64,000 nt of DNA from Raillietiella orientalis (taxonomy: Eukaryota), in NCBI GenBank assembly GCA_036172245.1, contig JAYWIR010000065.1, positions 248,001 to 312,000 of the forward strand. Reading direction: 5' to 3'. Below the pieces are notes generated by a model that did not search any database, was not told the origin of the DNA, and saw nothing but the letters and a program-made list of their open reading frames with translations. Positions 38,320 through 50,880 of this stretch are shown here, one piece after another. Numbering within the stretch: the first letter of the stretch is position 1; every line of letters starts with the position of its first letter. A program made the position numbers and the translations under genes.

Positions 38320-39480
38320 TGTCCGGAATCTTTGATCCCTTAATGCCTTTCCATTCCGCCGATCCCAACGTCCAAGGATCTTTGCTCGCGCTGTTGAGGA
38401 GACTCCTTTGGAGGAGACGGAGCCACAGGCAAAGAAATTCGCATCGTCTTAGCCTCGCTGCTTCCTCGGACGCGTCCTCCCGACGGTGCTACGGTTCTTC
38501 AACGTGCACTCTGCACAATCGGTCACCCATCGTTAGTGCTTCCAGTATGCCTCCCGGAAAAGATTCTTCACCGAGCTAATGAGAAATGCATAGCAACGCC
38601 AGGAAGGGAACAAAACTCTCTGCAACTGCGGCGGTTCCCTCAGACAGCTGCTCCGAGTTCATCGTGGAGCGGGGCGTGGTGGCACGTCTGGAGGGTTACT
38701 GACGGTCACCTTCCCGATGGGTCCGGTAAATGAGACGGGGGTGCTGGTAGTTTCTGGAGGTCAATCTTCGCTCAGACGGTTGTCTTGCCCGCGAGATCTC
38801 TAGTTCCTTAGAGACTTCGTCGTCGGTCGGGTTTTATGCGCCGAAACGAGCGCTACTCTGGAAGAGAGCGCACAGCCTTGCTCTCCTTCCTTGTCTGGGC
38901 GCCCCCCAAAGCAGTTGGCTGGTTCCCGGGAATACAAGATGTTCAAGTACACCACTCCCTTCCTGACATGTTGCGTCTGCATCTTTGGAACCTTTTGTTT
39001 CAACACTCCGTCGCTCCCCGGATCTGTGCGGTGAGTGCAACGCTCATGAGGTTGAGTGCACGCCCGTGCCATTGAGGGCCTTTGGAGGCTAAGTAGATGG
39101 AGTCAGCCCTCCAGAGAGTCAAGTAACCTCTCTGCCTTTCTTCCGTCTTGTCTCTTCTACAGGCATCGAGGAACGCTTGTGGAGGCAAGCGACGTCCTTC
39201 ATGGTTACTGCCCTGCAGCACTAGGTCTAGCTTCAGCTTCGATTCGGTTCCCGGGGTGGGCTGACTCGAGAATTCCAGCTCCCGATGTCCCAGGGTGACC
39301 TCTATATGGGCCTGTAAATCGCCGTGTCTTCCCGGACACCGCCTTTATTGCTCCCGCATTGGTTGAAGATGAGTCCGAGAGATTCTTCCCGCACCACCGC
39401 ACCTGCTGCACATGTGGGCGCTACCTTTTTAGTGCCACCCGCAGGCTGCCACTTCGTGCTGTTCATCATTCTCATGAAAT
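38320..39480 (-). mobile_element. R2/NeSL-like REL retrotransposon N-terminal remnant
   Basis: An N-terminal zinc-finger-like 'C..VRWCGK' followed by GC-rich Pro/Arg-rich text similar to the NeSL-like pieces at 46.5-48.7 kb. Confidence 0.35.
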
Positions 39481-40279
39481 TTTGGTGGGAACTTCAGGAT
39501 TCAATAGGGTTCTCCTTAGAGAGGGACTTCCTACTTTTAAGATGCTAACGTGAAAAACTACTGAAGAAGTAACAATGCAAAAGAATGATAGTCGAAGGAA
39601 TCATTGGTTTGCTGGTTTGGCGGCCATGACCGCAAAATCGGAGTTGCTATCGGTTTCTCTGCTCAGACAGCTCCTGACCAGCCCTCTGCAATCATTCCTC
39701 TGACTAGATAAGTTCACGCAAATTGGAAGTCCAATCCGTACTGCAAATCGAAGCACGTCTACTTCTAAATCCGCAATGCTGTAGAAAAAATTTCCTCATG
39801 AAGTATTTTTCTTCTTGAGATAAACAAAGTGAAAGAAGCACTCCGCTGACTATAGTGTCTTGATATATATTAATATCCTGATTTCTGAATTTCAGTCCTC
39901 ACGGAACAACCGCTCTACCTATAGGATGGCAAAGCTAGTGGAAGATCCGATATCCAGAAGCTTAATGTACCTCTCCCCAACTACAGGCTGGTTCCATAGG
40001 GTTACCAGCCTCTTCTTTTTCCTTTTGATTTCACAACACTTGCCTCGTTGAGTCGTAGCCATAAATCATTGAAAAGAAGCGTGGAACCGAACTGAAGTTT
40101 AGTTGTGCCACGACTGTCCAGCCACGCTTATTCACGTCTGCACACACATTCTTCACTCTTAAAGATAATGCAGCTAAACATTGCAGTTGACAGAATTTTT
40201 GGATTTCGGTTTTCCTCGGGCACCAAATTCACTGCTGCTATTCAATGACGTTAAGAAGCGCAGAGGGTTTCGAGAAGTG

Positions 40280-40960
40280 TTCTTCTATAAGTACGCAGTT
40301 CCTTTGAAGAGGAAACTCTTGTCAGAAGGAGCCTTTTGAAAATTTTAGTTCGTCTGATCCTCTTTCCTCTTCCTGCTAGCCACCCATTCCATTTACTTCA
40401 TCCTTGTGTGAGAAGACACAAGTGTTGCTTCGCTTTCCTCCGTCACCTCTTACTGCCGTCTACTTCAGCTTGTTAAGCCCCCTGCCAAAAGTTTCCCTTG
40501 CACTGCAGAGTAAATTTCTTTTCAGAGATTATTTCTGGAGAGCGAAATTCCAAGACTCATTTCACATACACGAAGTTTGCATCTGTGCTACTGGATTCAA
40601 AACACTCAGTGGAGAGTTTGCGGAGTCGGTGTTGACGAGCTGGAGTCATCTATTAAAGGTGATCAGAAATTTATTGTGCGGTGCAGAAGAAGATCATACA
40701 CGTACACCCTTTTGATACTAATTTGGAACTCATCGTTGGACGCTCTCTTGCTGTGCTGACCAATTAATGGGTATCCTCAGGACACATTCGTTGGCAACAG
40801 ATGAAGTTGAGAGACGTAGCAAAATGAACTGGACCGTGGCTTCTGCATATTTCTGTCTCATCTCAGACGCAGCCGTTCAAAACCTCTTTCATTGGCTGCT
40901 CTGGGATACAGCAATTCTCGAAATTGCAAATATTCAAAAAAAATTCAAAAGCTTATTACT
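40280..40960 (-). pseudogene. L: Endogenous Mononegavirales-type L fragment (CR-IV into capping domain)
   Basis: 'KLLNFF...ELLYPRAANE/VLNGCV' matches paramyxovirus-like IIVPRAAHEILDHSV. 'VYDLLLHRTINF*SPL....STPTP' matches LA..LR..MW..L....G.E.PD. Confidence 0.5.
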
Positions 40961-41699
40961 GATTTATAAGGTAAGTGCATGAAGATAATTTACAATCAGC
41001 ATACCAAATATGACGTCATCAGTGCAGCCATAGTTAGAGATCCCTATGTTATGAAGCTTCTTTATCGCAAACAAATAAACGTAACGATAAATATAAAAAC
41101 AAACTAAGAATCCGGAGTAACGGAATGAATGAATGACAAATGGAAAAATTCCTAATGGTTGCCAAGTTTTGGTGTATAGAGATTACACACCAAAACTTGT
41201 AACTGATGATGCCTGTGCGTTTATTTGATCCTTGTGTGAATCATGGTGGATAGTGTGTCCATTACTTTTTCCAATTTCAGCACGGGTTAGCTGGAAAAAA
41301 TCAAAGTTTCATAGCCGCAACGTTCTTATTGGGTCATGAGTCGCTTGGAAGTATTTCGAGGTAATTTAACAGTCGCCTTCTTGCAGTGGAAGATCTTTTC
41401 CCAGACACTGGCTGTGGAAGAAGGTATATATTTTTAACAGAGGTTCCTACTTTCTTGCAGCAAATGAAGGTGCTCACAAGAAAAGAATTCCTCTACATTT
41501 TCGTCCTTCCTTCTCAAAATGGCATGCGTTTTCACCTTTCAGAGATCCCTTAGCCATTATCAGGAAGCACATCAGTACGTGGAAACAGGAAATTCAGGGA
41601 GAGCAGGGTTTGTTTCATCAAAGAAAACCCAAAGCTAATCCTATCCTGCTAGAATGAGTTAGCTAGAACCGTTCACAGTTTGAATTTGGATACTTCATC

Positions 41700-42620
41700 T
41701 CATCATCATTTTTCGGCATTCCTACTTTTACCGGTATCAACTGTTTCTTCTCATCTGAATTTTCCAGTTCCGCTTGCTCGACACGATTGCCTTTGAATCA
41801 AAAGTTCATGGAGAAATTTGCAAGATTTAAATGAACTCTTGGTGATCGGGGACACTTCTTGCTTGGCGGATGACAAGCACGATGTTAAAACAATGGGAAA
41901 CTCGTAACCTGGGTGTGGTTCGACACGAAATCAAATGAGTTGGTCTTTAGGGGGTCAATCCCTTCGGCGCTGAGGCTTTCTTAGCAAGCAGCGGTTATCG
42001 GAGAAATTTTCCTGACAAAAGATTACGAATATCACCTCTATGAAATTTCACTCAGAGATTCTCATCATACTCTCAATCAATGCCAAGCATTTTCGACCGG
42101 TGCCCCCTGTACCAAGTGGTGCATTGCCATTAGCGACACACTCTTCGGACATGATGAATCCCTTGTTGACAATCCAACAGCACAGGGCGATTTTCAGTGA
42201 ACTTGAAAGTGTTCCCTTTTGGAAAGCACCGAGAGCTTCTTTCACTTGGTGTGTATTTCGGGATCAGCCTGTCCATCAAGCAAGCATTTCAATCGGAAAT
42301 TACTTGTCATGGACAATTCCCAACTCAGTACGCAGTACATTCCCAACTCAAATAGTTCGTTGCAATGCAAACCCTCACGCTCGCTCTCTGAGTGTACAAT
42401 CTCCCACACGAAGAGATCTCAGCATATACACATTCGAGCTCTAGGCTGTGCGGAGTGCATTTGATAGCGGAATGGCAAGTAAAGGCAAAAGCGGTCAAGT
42501 ATTTAATCCAATTTGCGCCTTGAATTTCATCCTTACATCCGATTCCATTTCAGTGTTTTATGCAACCCAATTCCGTTTGAAAGGTACACGAAAGCGAGTC
42601 TTCAAAAACCTGCCGAGTGT
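41700..42620 (-). pseudogene. Cys-rich decayed coding remnant; candidate viral glycoprotein
   Basis: One minus frame with few stops and many Cys/Trp ('FTCHSAIKCTP..ECVY..SCG..VCIA..WECTAY', 'RVCR*WQCTTWYRG'). Family not recognised. Confidence 0.2.
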
Positions 42621-42859
42621 CGAGGAAGGGAAAATTTTTTGCAATTCTGCGGAAACCGAAGAAAGCGTGAGCAGTGAAAGAAATATCTGCTTATTCCTGT
42701 ATTATTTATTCCCATTCAATTGACGATGGAGATCTACTGAAGTCGTTTCGGAGCTTAAAAGAGAACACAGTAGATCGACAAGAAGGAACTCTTATTCCCT
42801 GCAGAATACAGAAAGGATCCTTCCAGCTGAAAAAGTGTCTTCATGGCAGTTTACTGCGG

Positions 42860-44890
42860 AAGTGCTCCTTGTGGGGAGTAACTTGGGCTTCCGCTTCTCA
42901 AACATGGAAATGCTTTCTCGAGGGCCATCCGCTTTTCCTTAAACCTGGGTAGGAGCACCTCACTCGATGAAATGATCACTCTCCCTGCTCTCTCTCGGAA
43001 TGCCTCCGGCATGAATGGATAGCTGTAAAATGAGTGTGACCCCTAAATGCGACAGATGCAATGAAGTCCTTTGCGCACCTGTTAATGGATTGTCACAACG
43101 GTCCTCCAGCACTCATGGATAAACAGGACAATGCTTTGAGCTTTGCGCTTCACAGAGGCGCAGCTTCGCAGGTGCTGAAGAACCACGAGCTGCTCAACCT
43201 GCAGCCAGCAGGACGTCTTCCTGGGATCGAGAGCTCCAGGAAAGGAAGATTTTCCAAGGATTCACGATTCGCCGTGTATCTCCTCTCACCATACGTACCC
43301 TCACTTGCGGAAACGGCTCCACGTCGCGGATATGCCTTGAAAGAGGAAGGATCTTGAAAGGAGTGTCTTTCCTGTACCACCTCCTTCAAAAGTGGAAATG
43401 CCCTATATGGGGATGGCCCATAAAGAGCGCTTCGTTCTTGAAATCGAAGCCCTGAAATCGGAGGGTGTGTGGTCGGCTTCAGGAGATCTGAACACGTCTT
43501 CGTCTGCCGTCCCGACAGTGCTCAGCTCCATCTCCTGGAGCATCTTCACATCGGTTTAGTGAGCGCAGCTGAGGAAAAGACTGTCACCTCCGATCAAGGA
43601 AAGGACCAGCCATTCCCCGATGCATAGATGGCAAGAAATGCTGCAATGCTTCAGACCATGATCTGAGAGAGGAGACCGCGGCTGCAATGCAATGCTGCAA
43701 AAACTGCAAGCCTCGCAGCCGAGTTTGCGGCCACTCAGGTGGGGTCATGGTGAGTGTCGCAGAGAAAGCGTTCCTCGAAACGCGCCTTTGCAAACGTGAC
43801 CGGAACTTAGTACTGACCGGAACGAGTAGAGAGAGTGCGTTGGAATTTCTTCCAGGAATTTCTTCGGCGCAGGTCAAAAAAAGACAATCTCGTCGCTTCG
43901 AAGAGGAGTCACCGCTTTTCATCTCTTGGATGTAGCTATGGAGGCCTTCTCACGGGAGTGCAATTCGAGGCGAGAGTGCGATGTTCCTCGCTGACAGCAA
44001 GGTCTTGATTCTCTTTAAAAGAGAATCAAGACTTTCCTGCAGGCGAGGTCATGAGCTCCATGTTCCTTAGCCTGGAGGGTGCGGGACACGCAGCTGGGCT
44101 GTGCGACTGCCGGATCAATCCAGAACAAACCAGCTCAGGAAATCGATCAAGTCCTCAGGGAATCAATCACGTCAGAAGGAGCAGCAGCGAGGAAGCACAA
44201 CTTCCCTATGGGTTCCCAGGTGGAGTTTGGGCCTAAGGAGAACGCATGTGTCCGGACAGCCAGAAACCCTGAAAGGAGGCAGCAGATTCAAGGTTCGGGA
44301 AGATTCGGGAGAGCTTCCTGTGCATCCCTCTAAGCAGAGGAAGGAACGCATTGTGCTGCCTTGAGAAAGAAAAAGACGGATCATTGTTCAATGACCGTGG
44401 GTTCCTAACTCTTCTCCGTTTTTCGCATAAATGTCGCCTACAAGAAGCTAAGATAAACCTCCAGAAATCGTATCCCTACCCTCGTCCACTTGAAGGCACC
44501 GAAATCCGGATGGAAGAATGGACTCATGCGGCGTCTACGGACGCCTCGCCGATGGTACCATGTGATCCGGTCTGGTGTGGTCCAGGTTGTCTCGCCTGGG
44601 GGAAAGGCGGATTCTTTCGCGTTTCTAGGAAGTAGATTCAGGAAGAACAGAAAGCGGTTTCGGGACAACGAGGGTGTGTGCGCTCGCAGCGGAAGAGGGG
44701 AAGGGATGGGATCTTACGGGGGAAGGTGCGAACAAGGATGGGATCTTACGGGAGATTTGTAAAGCTCTCATTCTCCCGCGCACTCCCAGATCGCCTAAAG
44801 AACTCAATGCTGCTGCTCCACTAAGGCGTTCGGTCCGGGTCGCATCTATACGCGCGCTCTTCTTACAAGAGCAAGTCAAAGAGAAGAGCT
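42860..44890 (-). mobile_element. NeSL/Utopia/R2-like retrotransposon RT to CCHC remnant
   Basis: 'KESAFPPGET...PDRITWYH' (SAPGPDGITY-like), 'QHNAFLP..GM' (Q.GF...GC), and a downstream 'CICRI*G..' finger. Heavily deleted. Confidence 0.6.
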
Positions 44891-44899
44891 GAGACCCCT

Positions 44900-46470
44900 T
44901 CCTGAAAGCGACATGAAAGATTCTGCATCTTTCCAGTCCACCATTTTAGTTGTGCATCTCGAATATTCCGGTTCCATGGAAAGCTATGCGGTTATCCTTT
45001 GGCAAAGCAGGGTGTTGGCGTTAGGACGAGGGCAGTGTGCTGCTGGTTTCCTTGCTTGGAAGAGAAGCCTGCGGACATAGAAATGCCCACCATTTTCCCT
45101 TCTTACATTAGGCACATCTGCGGACCACCTTCCTTGGCACCAGCTGAAGCTGGTCTCTCTAGCGTGATGATCCAAGATCACCTATTTCTAAATGGATACA
45201 ACTCGTAATCAACGGGACTGACTCACGGGTTCAGGTAAATACTGAAACAAAAAATGTGCCTTAAGAAAAGAGCTTCTCTCAAATCCAATAGACCGGCTTC
45301 CCGGGAAGCAGATCCCTTTTTTTAGTGTGTGCGGCAAACTCAAACCTGCAATCCAAGGCGCTGTTTTCAGGCCCAGTGTTCTCAAGATGCCATCAATAGA
45401 AGAGCGTGCCTCTCGAATTCTAGAGAGGAGAGATATTGGGAGCCGAGACGAGCTTCATGGATGCCTGAAAGTTCTCAAGGAGATGTACGTGGAAGAATCT
45501 GTACCTTAAACCCATCTTAAAGGATTTTGCACCCTGTACCTTGAGGAATTGCATGCATGCGGTCACCCCTTCCTTCTGATGGTTGATTGGACACCCCATC
45601 CGAATGCGCTGGATGTCAGGAGAACGACGATGAGTCACATCTATTGAATTATCCTTTTTTGTGTCTTTTTGAGGTCTTCCACAGTCCACAGAGAAAGAAC
45701 TCTTCCAGACGCTTCTATCATGAAACGACAGATTGCAATAGAAACCCAAAAAACAATTCTGGGATGAAGAAAACGGCTCCAGTTGCTTGGAGCTGTTTCC
45801 TTAGTCTCAGAACTGACCATCATTCACGTTTCTCCAAGTCTCACAAAGGGTGGGGTCACGCAACTACGGTTCATGAATGATGGTATTGGACTTATGAGGT
45901 ATCCCTTATATATCACTTTAAGGAAAGTATTTTCAAGGAATTGGTAGCGTTGTTGTTTGCCTAGAGCTCTGAACACTGAGCTGAGCTCCTTGTCTAGACT
46001 GAAGGTCACTGTCTGTCTGGCCAAGCTTGCCTTCCGTTCGTCCAACCTACGACAGGATTGTCAAGTAAATGGATGGGGCTGCAGGCGCTGTCTGACATGT
46101 GTTGCAAAACGAAATTGGAATGCAAGGTACTGAGTAAACGAAACAGTGGAAGAAGTGGACTGGTACTTGTAGATTTTCTTGGTCATCCTACTATATCCAC
46201 TAGTATCATCGATGTCCTGTGACGTGACTGGGTGAGGCTACATCTCCAGATCTGCAACAGTTCACCAATAAGCACCAAAGATAAAGCGCCACATGGTGGC
46301 TATGCGCAGAATTGACGAGGTGCAGATCAAACATAAGTGCTGAAAATTCAGGTAGACATCCCTTTAGCAATACCATCGCACCACGTCTGCGACGGAGAAT
46401 TCTCCATAGCTAGTGCTTGCCCGGTCACTGTGCAAGTCTCATCGAGGTTTGCCTGCAACAAGTCGGACTG
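44900..46470 (-). pseudogene. L: Endogenous Mononegavirales-type L fragment (end of capping domain, connector, methyltransferase start)
   Basis: 'STSYGEFSVADV...RDVYLNFQHLCL' (46360-46328; N..FQ motif), then ~350 codons later 'RSIGFERSSFLKAH' (45295-45254, cf. measles RRIGLNSSACYKAV), then 'IHLEIGDLGS' (SAM-binding-like). Confidence 0.55.
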
Positions 46471-46489
46471 TGGCATGGTCAAGGAGAGG

Positions 46490-47587
46490 ACTGCTAAACC
46501 ACCAGATCTGACATGACCGAGCAGAGATACGACAATCTGCAACTGGAGGAGAAGCAGGAAGGAAGGCCGCCTCTGAAGGGGAATCAAATCAGAAATTACC
46601 TGAGGTGGAAAGTTGGAAGGGTATTACTCAAGAAACAGCACCGAGACCAGAAGACCCGAGGGGGGAATGCATATAAGAAGTACCGCCCAAGATGCCTTCA
46701 TTAGAGAACATGGGGAAAGGAGGACTTTCCGGCAACCTGGACTCGATTATAGGCCCAATACTCGAAGATAATGCAAAGGGATACAAGGACGAAGAGCAAG
46801 TACAACGCTCTTGCTAACTACAGGATATGGTGCAATTCTCCTCTTCTTTTGAATCAGCATCCCTTATTTTCGAAAGCTCAGAAAGGTGAACCAGAGCAGC
46901 TTGCTCAAGAGAGAAGCAAAACTGAGACGATACTCCTCTAGATGCGCAAGCTCCAGGTTGAAAGAGATAAAGAACCCAAGGAGCAGTAAGACAAGGTGGA
47001 CGCGGAAAGCGAATCACTCCTTGCAATTTGCCGAAAAGGGAGTTCGATTTCATAACATGATGGTTGAAAAAGAACCTCGCTGGGAGGAATTCCTCATGGC
47101 ATACCAATCATTGGAGCGCAAAATATGTGAGTTTTTGAGAATCAAGACAAGGATGAAAAGCGGAAAGAAGCAGAGGACCGACCCAAGCGACAGATGTTTG
47201 ATCCAGAAGCTGTACAATGCGAACCGAAGAGGGGCAATCCGGCTTGGGCCAACAAGACCATACATGCAAACTTGAACCAGAGATTTTAGAGAAGCATTTC
47301 CATTGGGATCTGGAAACGGAATATGAGTCTGATGGTGAGCTCTCAAGAAAGATACTGCTGGAGAAAACAGAGGAAGCATCCCCCCAAGAAGAAGCGGCAG
47401 CAATACCACGCAATGCTGAAAACTCCTCCCCTGGAGCGGATGGAATCGCATACTCTGGCTGGAGAAGTGTAGATCGGGGAGCAGAGATACTAACGGCAAT
47501 GTTCAACTCATTGGAGTTTCGTCGGATCCCGGAGAAGTGGAAGCGCTCTAGAACTGTTCTCATAGAGAATTGGGCCAGTAACATCAG
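46490..47587 (+). mobile_element. NeSL/Utopia-like REL retrotransposon, N-terminal region and RT domains 0-1
   Basis: 'IQKLYNANRRGAIRL' and 'ENSSPGADGIAYSGWRSVDRGAEILTAMFNSLEFRRIPEKWKRSRTVLI' are typical of the NeSL/Utopia RT N-terminus. Confidence 0.85.
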
Positions 47588-48740
47588 ATGACTCCCCCCT
47601 TCCTGTCGACCGGGAAGAGCGTCACTCGTCCGCTCGCACTGTGGGACCCCGACCACGTGGACGTTTCTCCTCCCTCCGCCGCATGCGTCCGCTCCACCCC
47701 GCCGCCGTCCTGCAGCGACCGGCTCAGGCCGAAAGGCCACCGTCTCTGCCTAGGGCAGATCTGTCGAGGATTGCCGTCGAGGGATCCCTCGGGCTGATTG
47801 CTACTGTTTTGGAGAGGCTCACAAAGGCCCGAGGCGCACCTTCACAATATCCACTCTGCAGGTGCCCTTGGGCGTCTTTTCTGGCACCCTCCTGTTCTCC
47901 GAGAGTGTCAAAGACTGCCTTCGATTCTCAAACCTTCTCCTCTGGGATGCGAGAGTGGACGCGGAGCTCCCGAGGCGGTCTCAAGCCTGCGGCACCACTA
48001 CCCGACCGCACCGCTCCACCTGTGGCGTCCGCAAGACCGGAGACTCGGACCTGCATGAGCTCCCTTCTCTGTTTCCCAACTTCCTCCAATTTGCGGACCC
48101 ACCCACTGGCAGGGTCGTTTGCCCGGAGGATCAGCCATCCTCCGAGGGCGTTCACCAGGGACTCAAACCGTAGATCCTTCTTGCGTAGAAGATTCGCGTT
48201 GGTGCATCCGGAGGGACGGGATGGTAGATGAGATCAACAAGCAGCCGCCAGTTTAAATGACTTCAGCTTCCCGCGTTCGCATTTACCATCCCTCGTGCCC
48301 CTGTGGCATGACTGACTGCTTCCGGGACGCCGGTCCTGAGCAACGCCCATGAGGCGCTCGGTGCAGCGTGCGGTGGCCTCGACGAAGAAATCGGGTTCCT
48401 TCTTGAAGATAGATGCGTCTCCGCCCCACCTCATTTGCCTCCTGGTTCCGGAAGACCGGCAGGCGGGCGACTACAGTCCTTCGGGAGTAGCGTCCGGCGA
48501 ACATGAAACCTGGAATCGTCGTGTTCCCCCCTCAGAAAACAGCGGATGCTGGTGGCGTATGGGCACCTCGATTGACCTCCGAGGTTTCCTCGCGCTCGTG
48601 GCGCGCCGCCCAAATTGCGCACTTCCGGGTCCCCTAGGGTCCACTGGAGGTCGTTCTGTGGCTGTCCTCCGGCGCAGCACAGAGGAGGAAGACGGGCAGG
48701 ACTTCATTCCAGGGGCCTGGGCTGGCGGAACGCCACGAGG
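47588..48740 (-). mobile_element. Inverted N-terminal fragment of a second NeSL/Utopia-like element
   Basis: GC-rich minus-strand text with 'ARKDAQGHL' and 'VVGVPQCE', resembling the pre-RT region. It abruptly replaces the RT core of the plus-strand element. Confidence 0.45.
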
Positions 48741-49495
48741 AAGGGGTGGAAACAGTGGTCAGAGGAGGGTCCAAGGGTCAAGTGTAGGTCAGTTTCATCA
48801 GAACTGTACTCCAAGACTGCGAACTCATCACAGGTTGAGAGGCTTTGGAACGTCGATGGAGGTTTCCTCATTTATGCTACTTGCCTTTGGAAAGGGAATG
48901 CACAAATCAGCTCCAGATAAAGGATGGCTGAGTGATGAATTGGTCGTTGTCAAGCCAAAAGTGAGCCACATCTACGCAGAGCAGCATCTTGCTTCGAAAA
49001 ATTTCTTTCAAGTGGGGAAGATGCAGTATCTGTGGATTGTCCACGCCGCGGGGCTCAGCATACCGCCTGTGGGGGCATCCCTCATCAGGAATAAAGTGGA
49101 TCGGATGCACGGGTGTGTGATATGGGAGCAATCCCTCAACCCCTGCATTAGCAGCTCAGTTCTGCTAACGGGAAGACACTATGAACTGGTGGCCTTGATC
49201 AAAAGCTGACGTCGGGAGCTGATCACCTTCGGAGTTCTAAGACCGGGTTACGATTGAGACCAGTTCTGTTGCTTCAAAGCTGCAAAAAAGTGATCATACG
49301 TGACGTCTCCTGCCTCCACGAGCACCCAGTTGAGGATTGAGAGGTGGGAAAGATAAGCCAAAGGAAACAGGTTCCTAGAGTTGGACTCCATTCGCCGCTG
49401 GAGAAGCACCATCATAAGTACAAGAGGTCGACGTATGATCCTGGGGATTAAGAGGCCGTAGTGGGGGAGCTCCAGGTACCCTAGCTACTGTCAGA
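48741..49495 (+). mobile_element. NeSL/Utopia-like element C-terminus (CCHC finger and restriction-like endonuclease)
   Basis: 'ASKNFFQVG..YLWIVHAAGLSIPPVGA...RMHGC...LTGRHYELV', then 'LRP....YVTSP' (PD..DVT.P) and 'RRWRS/VVGA'-like REL motifs. Confidence 0.75.
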
Positions 49496-49499
49496 GAAC

Positions 49500-50880
49500 G
49501 TCACAAAAGAAATGAATTGTGAATCATAATCGCAACGGCATGCGGATATATGCATCTGGAGCCCAAGTCATTACGGCCCCAGCTACCAGATAGGTAAACA
49601 AAAAGTTGACATTCCTGTTATAAGTTCTTATAACTGCATTCTTAATCTGACATTTGGGGGACTGGTACCGAAGGAAGATAACTTGGGAAACTGTTTCAGA
49701 GAGGATCTGACATTTTTTCTGACAATGCATAAGATCAGTAAGGTATAATATTTGGCAATAAGATGATCTGGAATACTCAAAAGATCCTCTCAGGATCATG
49801 AGACGATTCACAATATCCCTCCGTTGATGAATAGCCCATAATTGCTCTCCATGACTGTGGACAGCCACCTTCGACTTTACTGCAATCTGAATTAAAAGCA
49901 GAACAATCAATAAGTGATTTGGAAGAAAGAAATTTTTCCCGTACGGAACACCGTGACCTTGTCGACCTGTCTCCAAAAATTTCAAATATTTCTGCAACGT
50001 GAGATCATAGCTGTATCAAGCAGTACATCTTTCTCAATTCTTCCAGGATTTGCATGCAAACAATGAGCACTTCCGGAAGATGTCATCCGAATATTCCTCA
50101 CAATGTGCAGGAGAATGAGTAGCTGAAGATGAATAAAGAAAGCATTTTCTAGAGAAAGGGCACGTGAGCCATGTTTTCTGTGTTGAGGAATTAGGAAGGT
50201 TTCTGAAAAATTCCCTGAAATTGATAGCTTGAAGAATATTCCTAAGGTCACTTTTCTGAAAGATAACTGAGAATAGCACTAAGAGCTCAGGTAGATAAAC
50301 AAAATCCTATGCTTACCATCTTGCATACCAATTAGCTGCTTTATAAACTTTCTGGGACTTTGAATTCAAACCTTTTAAGAGATGTTCTAGAATGATTAAT
50401 CAATAAAAGGAGCTGTGCCGATTACCATCGTTCAAGAGATTAAGATTGGTGGTGAGTGGTAAGCTCTTACTAGATGAAGGAAGATTTTAAAACGGCGGAG
50501 ATCATTGGTACTGGAGTGCATTCTGTCTGCTGCCCTCCAAGTAGCTTCATATCTTGCAGCGCAAGTCAAAAATCAGTGAGAAATTTATTCGTGGCATTTC
50601 AGGCTTTCTGAAAAGTAGGAAATGTAACTGTCTGCTGGCGTTTGGGAGGGTATGCTATAGACAGTGGAAGCACGCACATACTCACTAGTTCACCAGCGAA
50701 ATTTTCTGGAGCATTTAGAAGTCAGTCTTGTTCACACTGACGATCTACACCTATAGCCATACCTCATCTTGCGAGATGCAGGATTCGGCTTAGGGATTCA
50801 ATGTCGGAGTTACTGCTGCATTCAGCCTGTTCTGCACATGATCAATCCACTGTCTGAACCTCAGAAACCTCAGAACTATC
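49500..50880 (-). pseudogene. L: Endogenous Mononegavirales-type L fragment (CR-IV, PRNTase/capping domain, start of connector)
   Basis: Collinear motifs: 'LNP..SRILHLA..GY'; 'DLRCKI(W)KLLGGQQTECTPVP' (50567-50505); 'GTAPFI' (50419-50402; GxxT region); 'SQKVYKAA...RW'; 'SGN/FFRNLPNSSTQK' (50218-50174, cf. STNLAHRLRDRSTQ); 'FFIHLQLLILL...AHCLH'. Confidence 0.65.

Noticed and set aside
44900..50880. One mononegaviral L gene split by the NeSL insertion
   Set aside because: Both flanks contain the same N/H..FQ-type motif region, so they overlap in homology. No TSD seen.
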